Assembly: GCA_903813345.2 (NCBI GenBank)
Contig: CAIIXF020000001.1
Coordinates: forward strand, 37,510,001-37,574,000
Direction of reading: 5' to 3'
Length of the DNA stretch: 64,000 nt
Origin: Owenia fusiformis
Taxonomy: Eukaryota
Positions 62,805 through 64,000 of this stretch are shown in pieces. A program made the position numbers and the translations under genes. Position 1 is the first letter of the stretch; every line of letters starts with the position of its first letter. The notes beneath the pieces were generated by a model. It worked only from the letters and a program-made list of their open reading frames with translations. It had not been told where the DNA came from and made no database searches.

Positions 62805-64000
62805 CTGTAGATAAAGATTCGATAATATTAAACACGTATTTTAGTATATATATTTTCCAGTAGTTTCTTATTTCATTAATTACAGTTTTAAATGGAATGA
62901 ATTGAAATGACAACAAACATGTTACGTTATTGAAAACTGCATATTTCAAACATAACGTCGCGTGAGAACCAGTGTTTCCAAACTGCAAATTTGAAGATTT
63001 TGAGATTTCATCACTTTTACATAAAAAAGCATGCTGAATCGAATGGTGATGTCCATATTGCTCTGGACTGGAAATAGGTGCATTTCAGTGGAAGTACCTC
63101 GTATCTGCAAAGAAGATAAATTACAAAACGTCAACCTGGTATCTCAAGTGAGATCCCCAACTAAAGGCAAACAAGATCTGAAACACGAGAAATGGAAACA
63201 TGTGGCATTGAGGCATTCCCCAAGAATAGGAAACTGTTCAATACCCACCTCTGCACAATATGCCTAAGAAACTATATAAAGACTTTATACATTACTTTAA
63301 AAAAGAACCCTAAGGAAATGTTGATGAAAAAGAGAGCTGGGGACTCAACAAGATAAAGATAAAAATACATTTAAAGCCAGAGGATAAGTGGCAGGTTGGA
63401 GAAAATCTAAAAATAGAATCCCAACAACTCTCTTTGTTTCAAATCATGTCAGTCTTCAAGACAGTAGTCTGTCTCACCGGCAGAATAGAAAGGATGTTTC
63501 ATCTAGTAGTTTGTGATGAGAGATTATCAAGCAAAGAATCTGCAAATAATGAGCCAACAAAAGCCACCAAGGGCAATCAAACTGTTAAGTAATGTCAATT
63601 TTAAAAGTCACAATCTGATTCTGATAAGTAATAACTTAAGCATGTATGTCGTGGATACACTGATGTTAATGTCAATGGTGATGAAACCTCCATGCCAGTG
63701 GTCCTAACACTCGTAGACACCAGTATAGATGCCAATGGTTATAAAAGCACCGATAAAAATGCCAAGGGTGATGAAAGCACCAATGGAGATGCCAACTTTG
63801 AAAGCACCAATGTAGATAGCTTGTGTACCAATTACACAATATTTCCCGAACTCGATCCCCGGCAAATCAGGCAAGACTTAATTGCTTGTTTGCATATACA
63901 AGTATTACTTCAAGGGTTGTCCAAAATGAGTACAAACGGCTGTGGAGTGTACTTGTATGCCTATGTATGAGTGAACATAAAATAACACAGGGCCCCCTCA

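Noticed and set aside
1..64000. tRNA, rRNA or other structured RNA genes
   Set aside because: None recognised by eye; a covariance-model scan would be needed to exclude them

Overview
AT-rich, intron-rich animal (invertebrate-type) genomic DNA with no prokaryotic features. I assembled three minus-strand spliced genes by eye, with GT-AG boundaries and consistent intron phases. (1) A complete 13-exon DUR3-type urea/solute:cation symporter (CDS 41254->305, about 897 aa) with a Cys-rich insertion and a 17.7-kb first intron. (2) A complete 3-exon core-1 beta-1,3-galactosyltransferase (C1GALT1-like, 13391->11281, about 351 aa) nested on the same strand inside DUR3 intron 7. (3) 18 exons of an astacin metalloprotease (prodomain-astacin-EGF-CUB-Thr/Pro-rich-Cys-TSP1-Cys; 62804->46015), whose first exon(s) were not found in the window. 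Introns and intergenic DNA hold degenerate LINEs (CR1-group, Tx1/L1-like, an RT fragment), TA-flanked TIR elements/MITEs, a recently amplified ~810-bp TIR family, Helitron-like 3' ends, several unrelated 'double-hairpin' elements, tandem duplications and perfect palindromes. All identifications come from motif recognition; no database search was run.
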